Part shown: piece by piece, positions 48,240 to 57,311 of the stretch
How the letters are laid out: the number at the start of each line of letters is the position of its first letter
Position numbering within the stretch: position 1 is the stretch's first letter
Assembly: GCA_965261395.1 (NCBI GenBank)
Contig: OZ253462.1
Coordinates: forward strand, 6,464,001-6,528,000
From: Candidatus Latescibacterota bacterium
Lineage (GTDB): Bacteria; Latescibacterota; UBA2968; UBA8231
Direction: 5' to 3'
DNA length: 64,000 bases
Notes under the pieces: model-generated
What the model was told of the DNA's origin: nothing
The model's input: the letters and a program-made list of their open reading frames with translations, nothing else
The model's database searches: none
Program-made: the position numbers and the translations under genes

Positions 48240-48377
48240 CGTGGACCTCTGCAAATAAGTGGACGGGATAGAGGCGGCCAATATAGGGAGACCATCGTTT
48301 AGTGACCAATTTGCCTTTGTGCCAGAAGGCGCTGTTCTTTTTAGCCGGCACTTACATCACAGCAAGGAAAACGCCCC

Positions 48378-50201
48378 ATGACCACTACCCCGACAGCCAT
48401 GGACTGGGACCTGACTAGCTACTTCGCCGAATTTGACGGCCCGGCCATGCGGCAATTCAAAGATGAACTGCAAAGGGATCTTGCGGCGGCACGTCAGCAA
48501 GCCGCCACCCTAGCACCGCTCGCCGAGGACAATGCCGACGCTTGGGAGGCCATACTCCTCCTGACGGAGGGCCTGATCGACCGCCTCTCTCACCTGGGCT
48601 CCTACCTCGGTTGCCTCACTGCAGCGGACGCCCGCAATGAAGACTACGCCCGCGAGGAGGCCACCTTTGCCCTGCTGGCGGCCGAGAGCGCAAAGCTCGA
48701 TGTCGAACTCCTGCGTGCGCTCAAGGATGTCTCGGATGAAATTTTTGCCAAGTTCGCCCAACGGCCCGCCTTGGCCGACTGCATCCACTTCCTCCGCCGC
48801 CAGCGCGAAGACGCGCAACGCACCATGAGCCCAGAGAAGGAAATGCTCTCTGCCGACCTCAGTGTTGACGGTCTCCACGCTTGGGGACGCCTCTACGACT
48901 CGATCTCCGGCAAGCTCGAATTCGACATGGAATTTCCCGACGGCCGCACCGAGCGCCGCCCCATCTCGCAGCGCCGTGCCCTGATGGAAGACCCCGACCG
49001 CCGGGTCCGCCAAGCCGCCTTCGCTGGCGGCAACCGGGCTTGGGAGAGCCTGGAAGACGTCGCGGGTGCCGCGCTCAACGCCATTTCGGGGACGCGGCTG
49101 ACCCTCAACCAGCATCGCGGCGTTGACCACTTTCTCGATGTCGCTCGCTTTCAAGCGTCCATTTCGCCCGAGACCCTCGACGCGATGTTTGCGGCTATCG
49201 CCGACCAAATTGAGCTGCCCCGACGCATCCTCGCCCTCAAGGCACAGCTCATGGGCACCAAGGGCGTCGCCTGGTGCGATCTGGGTGCGCCGCTACCGCT
49301 GCCCGATCAAGGGCATCTTTCTTGGGAAGAGGGCACGGACCTCGTCACCCGCTCCTTTGCAACGGCCTACCCACGCCTAGGCGAGTTCCTCGGCCAGGTC
49401 TGCGAACGCCAATGGATTGAGCACGCGCCCCGCCCTGGCAAGCGGCCTGGGGCCTTTTGCACTGGCTCGCTTTTGACCCGCGAGTCCCGCGTCTATATGA
49501 CCTACAACGACACCCTCGGCGATGTGCTCACGCTCGCCCACGAGATCGGCCACGCCTTCCACAGCTACATCATGCGCGACGTGCGCACCTACGCCCACTT
49601 CTATCCGATGACTCTGGCCGAATCGGCCTCGACCTTCGGCGAAATGATCCTCACCGAGGGCATCCTCGCCGACCCTTCCTTCAGCCCGGCCCAAAAGGCC
49701 AGCGCCCTCCACCAAGAGATTGGCCACGGCGCGATCTTCCTGCTCGACATCCCCGTGCGCTACCAGTTCGAGAAAAAGCTTTACGAGGAACGCGCTGACG
49801 GCGAACTCACCGTCAGCCGCCTCAAAGAGTTGATGGTCGAAACCCAGCGCGACGTCTTCGGCGACGCGCTCGCACAGGGGGGCGAAGACCCCTACTTCTG
49901 GGCCTCGAAACTCCATTTCTATATCACCGGCGTGACCTTCTACAACTTCCCTTACACCTTCGGCTTCCTACTCAGTCGCGGCCTGTATTCCATGTTTAAA
50001 CAAGAGGGTAGCGACTTTCTCCCCCGCTACGAGGAATTCCTCCGCCTCACCGGCAGCGACACCGCCGAGGGCGTGGCCCGCCGGGCCTTGGGCCGCGATC
50101 TCGAAGACACCCAGTTCTGGACTGAAGCCATCCAGACTTTGGAAGCTCCGCTGGCCGAGTTAGAGAAATTGCTACCCGAAGTGCTGCCTGAGCATTCCTA
50201 A
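48378..50201 (+). CDS. pepF: M3B-family oligoendopeptidase F
   Basis: WDL, GKRPGAFC, LAHEIGHAFH, FYNFPYTFG. Confidence 0.85.
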   Translation: MTTTPTAMDWDLTSYFAEFDGPAMRQFKDELQRDLAAARQQAATLAPLAEDNADAWEAILLLTEGLIDRLSHLGSYLGCLTAADARNEDYAREEATFALLAAESAKLDVELLRALKDVSDEIFAKFAQRPALADCIHFLRRQREDAQRTMSPEKEMLSADLSVDGLHAWGRLYDSISGKLEFDMEFPDGRTERRPISQRRALMEDPDRRVRQAAFAGGNRAWESLEDVAGAALNAISGTRLTLNQHRGVDHFLDVARFQASISPETLDAMFAAIADQIELPRRILALKAQLMGTKGVAWCDLGAPLPLPDQGHLSWEEGTDLVTRSFATAYPRLGEFLGQVCERQWIEHAPRPGKRPGAFCTGSLLTRESRVYMTYNDTLGDVLTLAHEIGHAFHSYIMRDVRTYAHFYPMTLAESASTFGEMILTEGILADPSFSPAQKASALHQEIGHGAIFLLDIPVRYQFEKKLYEERADGELTVSRLKELMVETQRDVFGDALAQGGEDPYFWASKLHFYITGVTFYNFPYTFGFLLSRGLYSMFKQEGSDFLPRYEEFLRLTGSDTAEGVARRALGRDLEDTQFWTEAIQTLEAPLAELEKLLPEVLPEHS

Positions 50202-50252
50202 GTTTATGCTCATAGTGCAGACTCTTTAGCCACCGCAGACGCAAGGATCCTC

Positions 50253-51008
50253 ATGCCCCGCCTACTCTTGCTCCTCGTCTTTTTCATCGGCCCGGCCCAC
50301 GCCGCCGACAACCCCCCAGCTCCCGGCTTCAACGCCGCCGATTCCGATCCCAAGGCTATAGCCCTAGCGGACGAAGTCATGACCGCGATGGGCGGCCGCG
50401 CCAACTGGGACGCCATTCGCTACATCACTTGGCGCTTTTTCGGTTTCCGCTTACACGTGTGGGACAAGTGGACTGGGGATATCCGCTTCGAGCAAGGCGA
50501 TCTGACGGTGCTGATGAACATCCACAGCAAAGAGGGCCGCGCCTTCGTTGCTGAGGCGGAAATCAGCGACCCCGACACCCTCGCGGCCAAACTCGACCAC
50601 GGCTACCGCGCCTGGATCAACGACTCGTACTGGCTGGTCATGCCCTACAAGCTCAAGGACACCGGCGTCACCCTGCGCTATCGAGGCCTAGAAGCCACCC
50701 AAGACGACCGCCCTGCCGAAGTGCTGGAACTCACGTTCAAAGACGTCGGCGTCACCCCACAGAACAAATACGCGGTCTGGATCGACCAAGAATCGCGGCT
50801 AGTGACCCAATGGGCCTTCTACCGCGAGGCCGCTGACGCCGAGCCGCGCTTTACCGGCCCCTGGACTAACTGGCAGCGCCACGGATCGATTTTGCTCTCC
50901 GACGGTCGCGGCGAGCGTCAACACACCGATGTCGCGGTCTTCGACGAACTGCCGCGCTCGGTCTTTACAAGTCCTGCACCCGCCGCCTTGCCTTTGCCTT
51001 CCGAGTAG
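50253..51008 (+). CDS. secreted hypothetical protein
   Basis: signal peptide PAHA; AMGG..NW, WINDSYWLVMPYKLKD. Confidence 0.75.
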   Translation: MPRLLLLLVFFIGPAHAADNPPAPGFNAADSDPKAIALADEVMTAMGGRANWDAIRYITWRFFGFRLHVWDKWTGDIRFEQGDLTVLMNIHSKEGRAFVAEAEISDPDTLAAKLDHGYRAWINDSYWLVMPYKLKDTGVTLRYRGLEATQDDRPAEVLELTFKDVGVTPQNKYAVWIDQESRLVTQWAFYREAADAEPRFTGPWTNWQRHGSILLSDGRGERQHTDVAVFDELPRSVFTSPAPAALPLPSE

Positions 51009-51046
51009 TAGGCATCGCGCCGCTAGGCCTATACAGTTGGCGTAAC

Positions 51047-51086
51047 AAAAAAAGCCGACCCAGCTATTGGGTCGGCTTTTGCTTTT
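51047..51086. terminator. bidirectional rho-independent terminator
   Basis: AAAAGCCGACCCA / TGGGTCGGCTTTT stem with A and T tracts, between convergent genes. Confidence 0.85.
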
Positions 51087-51105
51087 GCATGGGGGCGCGT
51101 TTAGT

Positions 51106-51918
51106 TCACGCTGCCCGCAGCTCATTTTCGGGCGCGTTCTCCAGCCGCGACAGCCAGTAGGACACGTCGTAGTTCTCGTCGCCGGTCAAAAAGCGCCACA
51201 GCTTGATACGGTTGACTACTTCCAGCCGCACCTCGTTGCCGTACCAGCGGTGGTTGGCATTGAGCAGCCCGGGGATCTCCGCATCGTCGATATCGTCGGT
51301 ATTCCACAGCTTCTTCTGCCGCACCGTGGGGTTGAGCCGCAGTTTGAACATATAGCGCTTGCGGCCAGTTAGGTTGGGCTGGGCGCAGTGCCAGATGCCG
51401 TGGTGGGCCACGGCCACTGTGCCGGCCTTACAGACCATCGGCATCTGCCCGAGAAAGTTTTGATAGCGGGCAATGTCCGATTCGCTGACGCGGCGATAGA
51501 TACTGCCGGGTAGGAACATGGTGCCGCCCATCTCCCGCGGCGTGTCGTGGGCAAAGTAAAAGAGCTGGATGTCAAAGTGCAGCCGGGTGTCGATGATCGC
51601 GTCGGCGTGCCAAATCTGCCCGTGCTCGTGGTGGGCATCAACCGTATGCACGGCGTGGTGGTCGTAGAGCGGGTCAGGGCCGACTAAGCTGTGAATGATC
51701 CCTTGGATCTGAGGCAGGCGCACTACTTGGCCGATCACCGCATGGGTCCATAGCTCGGCGAGCGGTGCGCCGGCTTTGCCCCTCGGAACCCCGGTTTCCA
51801 TCTCGGCACAGGCAGCCCGATTCAACTCGTCGGGCACCAGTTCGTCGAAGCGCAAAAAGCCGTCGGCGACAAACTGCGCCATTTGCTTGGTATTCAGGAG
51901 ATATTGCTTATCGACCAT
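51106..51918 (-). CDS. phytanoyl-CoA dioxygenase-like (Fe/2OG) protein
   Basis: F..DGFL, WHAD, GGTMFLPGS, AG......IWHC. Confidence 0.8.
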   Translation of the reverse strand: MVDKQYLLNTKQMAQFVADGFLRFDELVPDELNRAACAEMETGVPRGKAGAPLAELWTHAVIGQVVRLPQIQGIIHSLVGPDPLYDHHAVHTVDAHHEHGQIWHADAIIDTRLHFDIQLFYFAHDTPREMGGTMFLPGSIYRRVSESDIARYQNFLGQMPMVCKAGTVAVAHHGIWHCAQPNLTGRKRYMFKLRLNPTVRQKKLWNTDDIDDAEIPGLLNANHRWYGNEVRLEVVNRIKLWRFLTGDENYDVSYWLSRLENAPENELRAA

Positions 51919-52192
51919 CGATTGCCTCCATCTTTTCGAGGATGTACTCGTATTTCAGATAGGACGTGTTGTATTCCATGCCTGGATAAGCCGGGTAATG
52001 CTGAGGGAACTGCACCACCCGCCACCCGTCTCGCATGGCCGCCACCACCGAAGGATAGGGCGGTTCCTCGCTATCGCCGCTGCTGGACCGCTCCTCGCCC
52101 GTGCCGTCGTAAAGCGACCAAGCCACGGTTTGGCTATGCAAATCGGGAGAATGGGCGTAGAGCACCAATAATTTCTGTCGGAGCTGGGCCAT
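51908..52192 (-). CDS. small hypothetical protein overlapping the dioxygenase start
   Basis: 94 aa, RBS GAGAGGA, PPYPSVVAAMRDGWRVVQ. Confidence 0.7.
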   Translation of the reverse strand: MAQLRQKLLVLYAHSPDLHSQTVAWSLYDGTGEERSSSGDSEEPPYPSVVAAMRDGWRVVQFPQHYPAYPGMEYNTSYLKYEYILEKMEAIDGR

Positions 52193-52262
52193 AGCGTCCT
52201 CTCGTTAAGGGTATTCAATAATAGGACGCGGCACAGCCCCCGACAATGGGCCTCTCGCTCTC

Positions 52263-53120
52263 TCAGTTGCTCGAAAATTCGATCAACTGCCCGCCGCATT
52301 CGTCTTTCATTTTTTCTAAAGCCCTGTTCCGCAACTGCCGCACGCGCTCGCGGGTGACGCCCATGGACTCGCCGATCTCCTCCAAGGTTTTGGGCGCGCT
52401 GTCGTCGAGGCCAAAATAAGCGCGGACGATCTGGGATTCGCGGAAGTCGAGCACCTGCAGACAATCGGCCACAGCCGCGCGCATTTCCCTGTCGACAAAG
52501 CGCTCGTGCGAACTGGGCTCAGCCGAGACAAAAGTCTGCGCAAACGTCATTTCCCCGTCGGCAAAGGCGGGGGCGTCTAAGGGCAAATCCGGCTGCCCCA
52601 TCTCAAAGGCGTTGCGGATGCGCTCTGTCGAGAAATCGACGCAGGCGGCGATTTCCTCAACAGTCGGGGCGCGCCCTAGCTGCTGGGCGAGGAGTGCGGC
52701 CTCCTTTTCGACCTTCTGCCGGTCGCTGACCCGGCTCAGCGGCGGGCGGGCAATTTTTCCGTGTTCGGCTAGGGCACGGAGGATGGCTTGGCGAATCCAC
52801 CACACCGCATAGGTGATGAACTTAAAGCCGCGGGTCTCGTCAAAGCGCTGGACGGCTTCCAGCAGCCCGAGGTTACCCTCGGAAATCAGCTCGATCAACG
52901 AGAGACCGGACTCGTGATACTCGCGGGCGACGCGAACCACAAAGCGCAAATTGGCCTGCACCAGCGCCTGACGCGCCTCTTCGTCGCCTGCTTTGGCGCG
53001 CTTGAAGAGGGCGATTTCTTTCTCGCGACTGAGCGGCTCGGCATTTTTTATATCTCGCCAATAGAGATCGGTTGCCGAGTACATTGTTTCTCTATTTTGT
53101 ACGTTCATTTCAGTCCCCAA
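52263..53120 (-). CDS. sigma-70 family RNA polymerase sigma factor (group 2/RpoS-like; start may be 53108)
   Basis: ANLRFVV, EGNLGL..AV.RFD..RGFKFITYAVWWIRQ, TLEEIG..MGVTRERVRQ. Confidence 0.9.
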   Translation of the reverse strand: MGTEMNVQNRETMYSATDLYWRDIKNAEPLSREKEIALFKRAKAGDEEARQALVQANLRFVVRVAREYHESGLSLIELISEGNLGLLEAVQRFDETRGFKFITYAVWWIRQAILRALAEHGKIARPPLSRVSDRQKVEKEAALLAQQLGRAPTVEEIAACVDFSTERIRNAFEMGQPDLPLDAPAFADGEMTFAQTFVSAEPSSHERFVDREMRAAVADCLQVLDFRESQIVRAYFGLDDSAPKTLEEIGESMGVTRERVRQLRNRALEKMKDECGGQLIEFSSN

Positions 53121-53223
53121 AGTTTGCAGTGATCAACCTTTACGTTCACGTTAAGGTTTAAGATAGAATACTTAGTGAACACGCGCAAATACAATCTTGT
53201 GACGCACCAAGACGGCCAAGTAT

Positions 53224-53646
53224 TCAATCTGCAGGCGGTCGGCGGCTCTTTTTTTTATTGGAATGACGCCGCTTGCTGTCGAGACGACGCGCTTGGGCGG
53301 CGCGGCTAGGCTTGGTTTTTGCGCGCTTGGGCTGTTTCTTGAGCGCCTCGGCGAGCAGGGCGGCCAGCTTGTTGAGGCAGTCGGCGCGATTGCGCCCCTG
53401 CGTGCGAAATCGCTCCGACTGGATCGACAGCGCGCCTGTGCTGTTTAGCCGCGCGGCGAGCTTCTCGGCAATCTGCTGGCGCTGCTCGTCGCTGAGCACC
53501 GCACTGTGGACAAAGTCAAACTGTAGCTCGACGGAGGTATTGAGCTTATTGACGTTTTGTCCCCCAGGCCCAGAACTGCGGTGGAACTTGCAGCGCAGTT
53601 CGGAAAGCGGGATGGACAGAATGGGCGAAACGTATAGGGTTTCCAT
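53224..53646 (-). CDS. arfB: alternative ribosome rescue factor B (peptidyl-tRNA hydrolase)
   Basis: SSGPGGQNVNK, RTQ.RN, basic C-terminal tail. Confidence 0.9.
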   Translation of the reverse strand: METLYVSPILSIPLSELRCKFHRSSGPGGQNVNKLNTSVELQFDFVHSAVLSDEQRQQIAEKLAARLNSTGALSIQSERFRTQGRNRADCLNKLAALLAEALKKQPKRAKTKPSRAAQARRLDSKRRHSNKKKSRRPPAD

Positions 53647-53777
53647 AATTGGTGATCGCTCCCAAGCCTTCAGGCTTGGGTTATAGATATTAAAGACTTG
53701 AAGAAAACCTAATACCTATTTTTTATTATGTCCCATAGTACACCCGCTATCACGTTTTCGCCAAGGAGATATCCTCT

Positions 53778-54944
53778 ATGAAACGCTATACCGCGGCAAT
53801 TGTCGGCTGTGGTTCCATCGGCAACGCCCACATGGAAGGCTACAACCTCGTGGACGAGGTCGAGGTGATCGCCGTCGCCGACCCGGTCCCCATGGCTCGC
53901 AAGACCTACGTGGACGCATACGGCATCCCTCAGGAGTTTGAAACGGTCGAAGAAATGATGGAAAAGGCCCGGCCCGACATCGTCAGCGTCTGCACTTGGC
54001 ACCTTTTGCATCCGGCACCCACCATTGCCGCGGCCGAGGGTGGTGCCCGCGCCGTCATCTGCGAAAAGCCCATGGCCATCGGCATGGCCGCAGCCGACTC
54101 CATGGTCGAGGCCTGCGAGGCGCACGGCACCCAACTGGTCATCAGCCATCAGCGCCGCTTTACCCCGGGTTGGGAAAAGGCCAAGGCGCTAGTCGAAGAG
54201 GGCGCGATTGGCGAGCCGATTTTCGTCACCAACAAGGTCGCCGACGGCCTGACCAACTGGGGTACGCACTCCATTGACGGCTCGCGCTTCGTGCTCGGCG
54301 ACCCCCGCGCCCAATGGGTCATGGGCGCAGTCGAGCGCCGCACCGACCGCTACGAGCGCGACACCATGATCGAAGACGCCTGCATGGGTTTGGTCCACTT
54401 CGCCGGCGATCTCCAGCTTTTCATCCAGTCCGACCTCATGCGCGAGGGAGCTGGTGCCGGCTGCTTTGAAATCCGCGGCAGCGAAGGGATATTATCGGTG
54501 AGCGAAACCCGGCTCCAGCTTATGAATGCCTCCTCTGGCGGCTGGCAGGAAGTCGATCTCGCGCTCACCGAAGGCTCGAAGGCCATTGGGGGCAACACCA
54601 ACGCCGCCCAAGTCCGCGAACTCATCGCCTGCCTCGAAGGTCACAAGGCCGAGCACCGCAACGCGGGCACCACGGCCCGCGACACTGTGGAAATTATGAT
54701 GGCCCTCTACGAATCGGCGCGCCGCAACTGCGTGATCGACCTGCCGCTGCAAGAAAAGGGCTATCCCCTACAGCTCATGGTCGAGGAGGGCGGCCTACCC
54801 GTGGAAATCGAGGGCCGCTACGACATCCGCGGCTTTCTCAAGCGCGACGGCATCGACGAGGCCAAGTACAAAAAGCTCTGGGACGAGGGCATGGGGCATC
54901 ACCAAATCATGCGTCAGCTCCACGACGAAACGAACCCGAGCTAA
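53778..54944 (+). CDS. Gfo/Idh/MocA family oxidoreductase
   Basis: AIVGCGSIG, ICEKPM, HQRRF. Confidence 0.9.
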   Translation: MKRYTAAIVGCGSIGNAHMEGYNLVDEVEVIAVADPVPMARKTYVDAYGIPQEFETVEEMMEKARPDIVSVCTWHLLHPAPTIAAAEGGARAVICEKPMAIGMAAADSMVEACEAHGTQLVISHQRRFTPGWEKAKALVEEGAIGEPIFVTNKVADGLTNWGTHSIDGSRFVLGDPRAQWVMGAVERRTDRYERDTMIEDACMGLVHFAGDLQLFIQSDLMREGAGAGCFEIRGSEGILSVSETRLQLMNASSGGWQEVDLALTEGSKAIGGNTNAAQVRELIACLEGHKAEHRNAGTTARDTVEIMMALYESARRNCVIDLPLQEKGYPLQLMVEEGGLPVEIEGRYDIRGFLKRDGIDEAKYKKLWDEGMGHHQIMRQLHDETNPS

Positions 54945-54968
54945 CCGTGCCGGGACCGGGGTAACATA

Positions 54969-54997
54969 TTGACATTCCCCGGTCCCTCCAGTACTTT
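54969..54997 (+). promoter_or_regulatory. sigma70-type promoter upstream of rpsR, overlapped by a 10-bp inverted repeat (54952-54961 / 54977-54986)
   Basis: TTGACA-17 bp-TACTTT; GGGACCGGGG/CCCCGGTCCC. Confidence 0.6.
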
Positions 54998-55009
54998 CTG
55001 TCCTTTTAA

Positions 55010-55282
55010 ATGTATGTGCCCGCCCAAGCGGGTGCCCTAAAAAGGAGCGTCGTCATCAACAAGTTCCGCAGTTCGCGCCGAGAGGCCGTAGCCAAGCTCA
55101 AATCCGAAGACATCGACTACAAGCGCCTCGATGTCCTAGTCAAGTTTATCACGCCGACCGGCAAGATCGAATCGTCCCGGCGCACCGGTGCCACGCGCAA
55201 GCAGCAGACGCGCGTCGTCCGCGCCATCAAGCGCGCCCGCTATTTGGCCCTCGTCCCCCACACCCTCGACGACACTCGTTGA
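55010..55282 (+). CDS. rpsR: 30S ribosomal protein S18 (Cys-free form; start uncertain, possibly ATC at 55055)
   Basis: IDYK..DVL.KFIT.TGKI..SR.TG....QQ.....AIKRAR.LAL.P. Confidence 0.9.
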   Translation: MYVPAQAGALKRSVVINKFRSSRREAVAKLKSEDIDYKRLDVLVKFITPTGKIESSRRTGATRKQQTRVVRAIKRARYLALVPHTLDDTR

Positions 55283-55300
55283 CCGAGCCAAACGCGCCCA

Positions 55301-55750
55301 ATGGCTGCCATAGGGCTGATTGAGACTCGCGGTCTCGTCGGCGTCATCGAGGCAGCCGACGCGGCCGTAAAATCCGCTCCGGTCGAACTCCTCGGCATCA
55401 AGTCCATCGGCGGCGGGCTGGTTTCAACGCACTTTAGAGGTGAGGTCGCCGCCGTCCAAGTGGCGGTGCAAGCCGGCGTCGAAGCCGCGCGCAAGGTCAG
55501 CGAGGTGATTAGCCACCGCGTCATTCCCGCCCCCCATTTAGACGTAGAAAACCTGCTCCTGCACCAGCCCGGGGCAGCCACTCTGCCAACGCAGCCACCC
55601 CCCGACGAACTAGAGGGCTTGCCAGTCGCCCGCCTGCGCCAACTCGTGCGCCAGCTACCCGACGCTCAACTCAAGGGCCGCCAAGTTTCGCGGGCCAACA
55701 AAGAGACGCTCCTCAGCGAATTGCGCCGCGCCGCGGCTACAGACACTTAA
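55301..55750 (+). CDS. BMC-H microcompartment shell protein with C-terminal helical extension
   Basis: AIGLIETRGLVGVIEAADAAVKSA.V...GEVAAV...VIPAPH. Confidence 0.85.
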   Translation: MAAIGLIETRGLVGVIEAADAAVKSAPVELLGIKSIGGGLVSTHFRGEVAAVQVAVQAGVEAARKVSEVISHRVIPAPHLDVENLLLHQPGAATLPTQPPPDELEGLPVARLRQLVRQLPDAQLKGRQVSRANKETLLSELRRAAATDT

Positions 55751-55766
55751 ACCATACGAGGTCTCA

Positions 55767-56090
55767 GTGGACAACCTGTGGAACAATCTCGTGAAAGGGC
55801 TACAAGAAGGCGCGGCGGTCGCCGCCGACAAGGCCGGCGACCTGACCCGTCTAGCGCGTGCCCGGCTCGATATCGCCGCTGCCAAAAACCAGCTCCACCG
55901 CACCCAAGCGGATCTAGGGGCGCGGGTCCACCAGCTCCTTGAAGCCGGTACCGACCCCGTGACCGACGATCAAGTACAAGCACTGAACCAACAGATCAAG
56001 GAACAGAGTGCTGCGCTCGCCGATTGCGAGGCGGCCTACGACGCGCTGCAGAGCACGTTGCGCGCGGATGGAGAGCGCAACGCCGATTAA
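55767..56090 (+). CDS. hypothetical coiled-coil protein
   Basis: GTG start after GAGG; helical heptad pattern. Confidence 0.7.
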   Translation: MDNLWNNLVKGLQEGAAVAADKAGDLTRLARARLDIAAAKNQLHRTQADLGARVHQLLEAGTDPVTDDQVQALNQQIKEQSAALADCEAAYDALQSTLRADGERNAD

Positions 56091-57220
56091 TAGTCTAGCG
56101 GCAGCAGCGTCTGTGGGGAGTCGGGCGGTGCGGCGGCTTTGCTTTCGCGCCGGTGTCCTGCAAAGCGACCGTTCGGTTTCTCGCTGTACTGAGCCACCAT
56201 CGTCACGCCGTCGGCCTCGCCGGTAATTCCCGTTACGTCGTTTAACAACAAGTCCTGTTCCTGAGCCGTCATTACTGGAAATCCGTAATGGCGGCTCGCG
56301 TATTTCAACGGGCCGCTCTCTGCTGTGCGAACGGCGGCCCACTCTGCGTGCCGAGCTAGCCGGGCGCAGTTGTACTCGTTGGCGGCAGAAGGTGTGGAGC
56401 GCAGCAGGTCTTGCGCGACCGGCACCAAGGTCTCGTCAATCTCCACGCCGACCGAGTTTCTTCCCGCTGTTAAGGCGGCCGCCAGCGTCGTTCCAGTCCC
56501 CGCAAACGGATCGAGCACCAAGTCTTCCTTGACGGAAAACATGCAGATGAGCCGGTAGGCCAATTCAAACGGAAAGGCCGCACTGCGCTCGCGGGTCGGC
56601 GCATTGACAAGCCCCTGTGAGGTTCCCTTTACATCGAACCACACGTCCGAAAACCAGACGTTGCGCTCCTCCCAGAAGAAGGCACTCTCGCGGCGCTTGG
56701 CTTTCTCCGCAGCCGTTGTGAAGGTTCGCCGCCGCCCTTTTCTAAGCACAAGGATGTACTCGTGTTCGTAGGTCACATACGCCCCTACAGGCAGCATCCC
56801 AGACCCCATAAACTTGTTGGGGGCGTTGGTTTGCTTGCGCCAGAGTATATCGGGCAAAGCGGCAAAACCCTGGCCGAGGAAGCTGCTCAGTATGCGGGAG
56901 TGATTGGAGTAGAGCTGGAAGTCGCCATCCAAGGTTCGGGTGGCGTCGCCAATGTTGACGCAGGCAATGGCCCCCGGCTTCATGACGCGGCTGCACTCCA
57001 GCCAAACCGCATCGAGTAGCTCGTGCATGAGCGCGAAGGCGGCCTGTCCATTGCCGCGCGACAGTTGCGCCGCGATGCGATCGTCTTGTAGCGCGAAAAT
57101 CTCATCCCACATTTCCACCATCGGATAGGGTGGCGAAGTGACGATCAAATCGACCGACTCATCCGCGATTCCCGCCATGGACTGGGCAGGGCCGCATATT
57201 AGCTTAGCGGTGGTCTGCAT
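56087..57220 (-). CDS. site-specific DNA methyltransferase (N4-C/N6-A, beta class)
   Basis: VTSPPY precedes VLDPFAGTGTT. Confidence 0.9.
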   Translation of the reverse strand: MQTTAKLICGPAQSMAGIADESVDLIVTSPPYPMVEMWDEIFALQDDRIAAQLSRGNGQAAFALMHELLDAVWLECSRVMKPGAIACVNIGDATRTLDGDFQLYSNHSRILSSFLGQGFAALPDILWRKQTNAPNKFMGSGMLPVGAYVTYEHEYILVLRKGRRRTFTTAAEKAKRRESAFFWEERNVWFSDVWFDVKGTSQGLVNAPTRERSAAFPFELAYRLICMFSVKEDLVLDPFAGTGTTLAAALTAGRNSVGVEIDETLVPVAQDLLRSTPSAANEYNCARLARHAEWAAVRTAESGPLKYASRHYGFPVMTAQEQDLLLNDVTGITGEADGVTMVAQYSEKPNGRFAGHRRESKAAAPPDSPQTLLPLDY

Positions 57221-57311
57221 TGATTCTATCTTTCTATCTGTAGTATTGAGCGTACTCTGTTCTGATGCTACTCCGTTGGGGCGATAGTATTTCTCAAGGA
57301 TATTCTACCGC

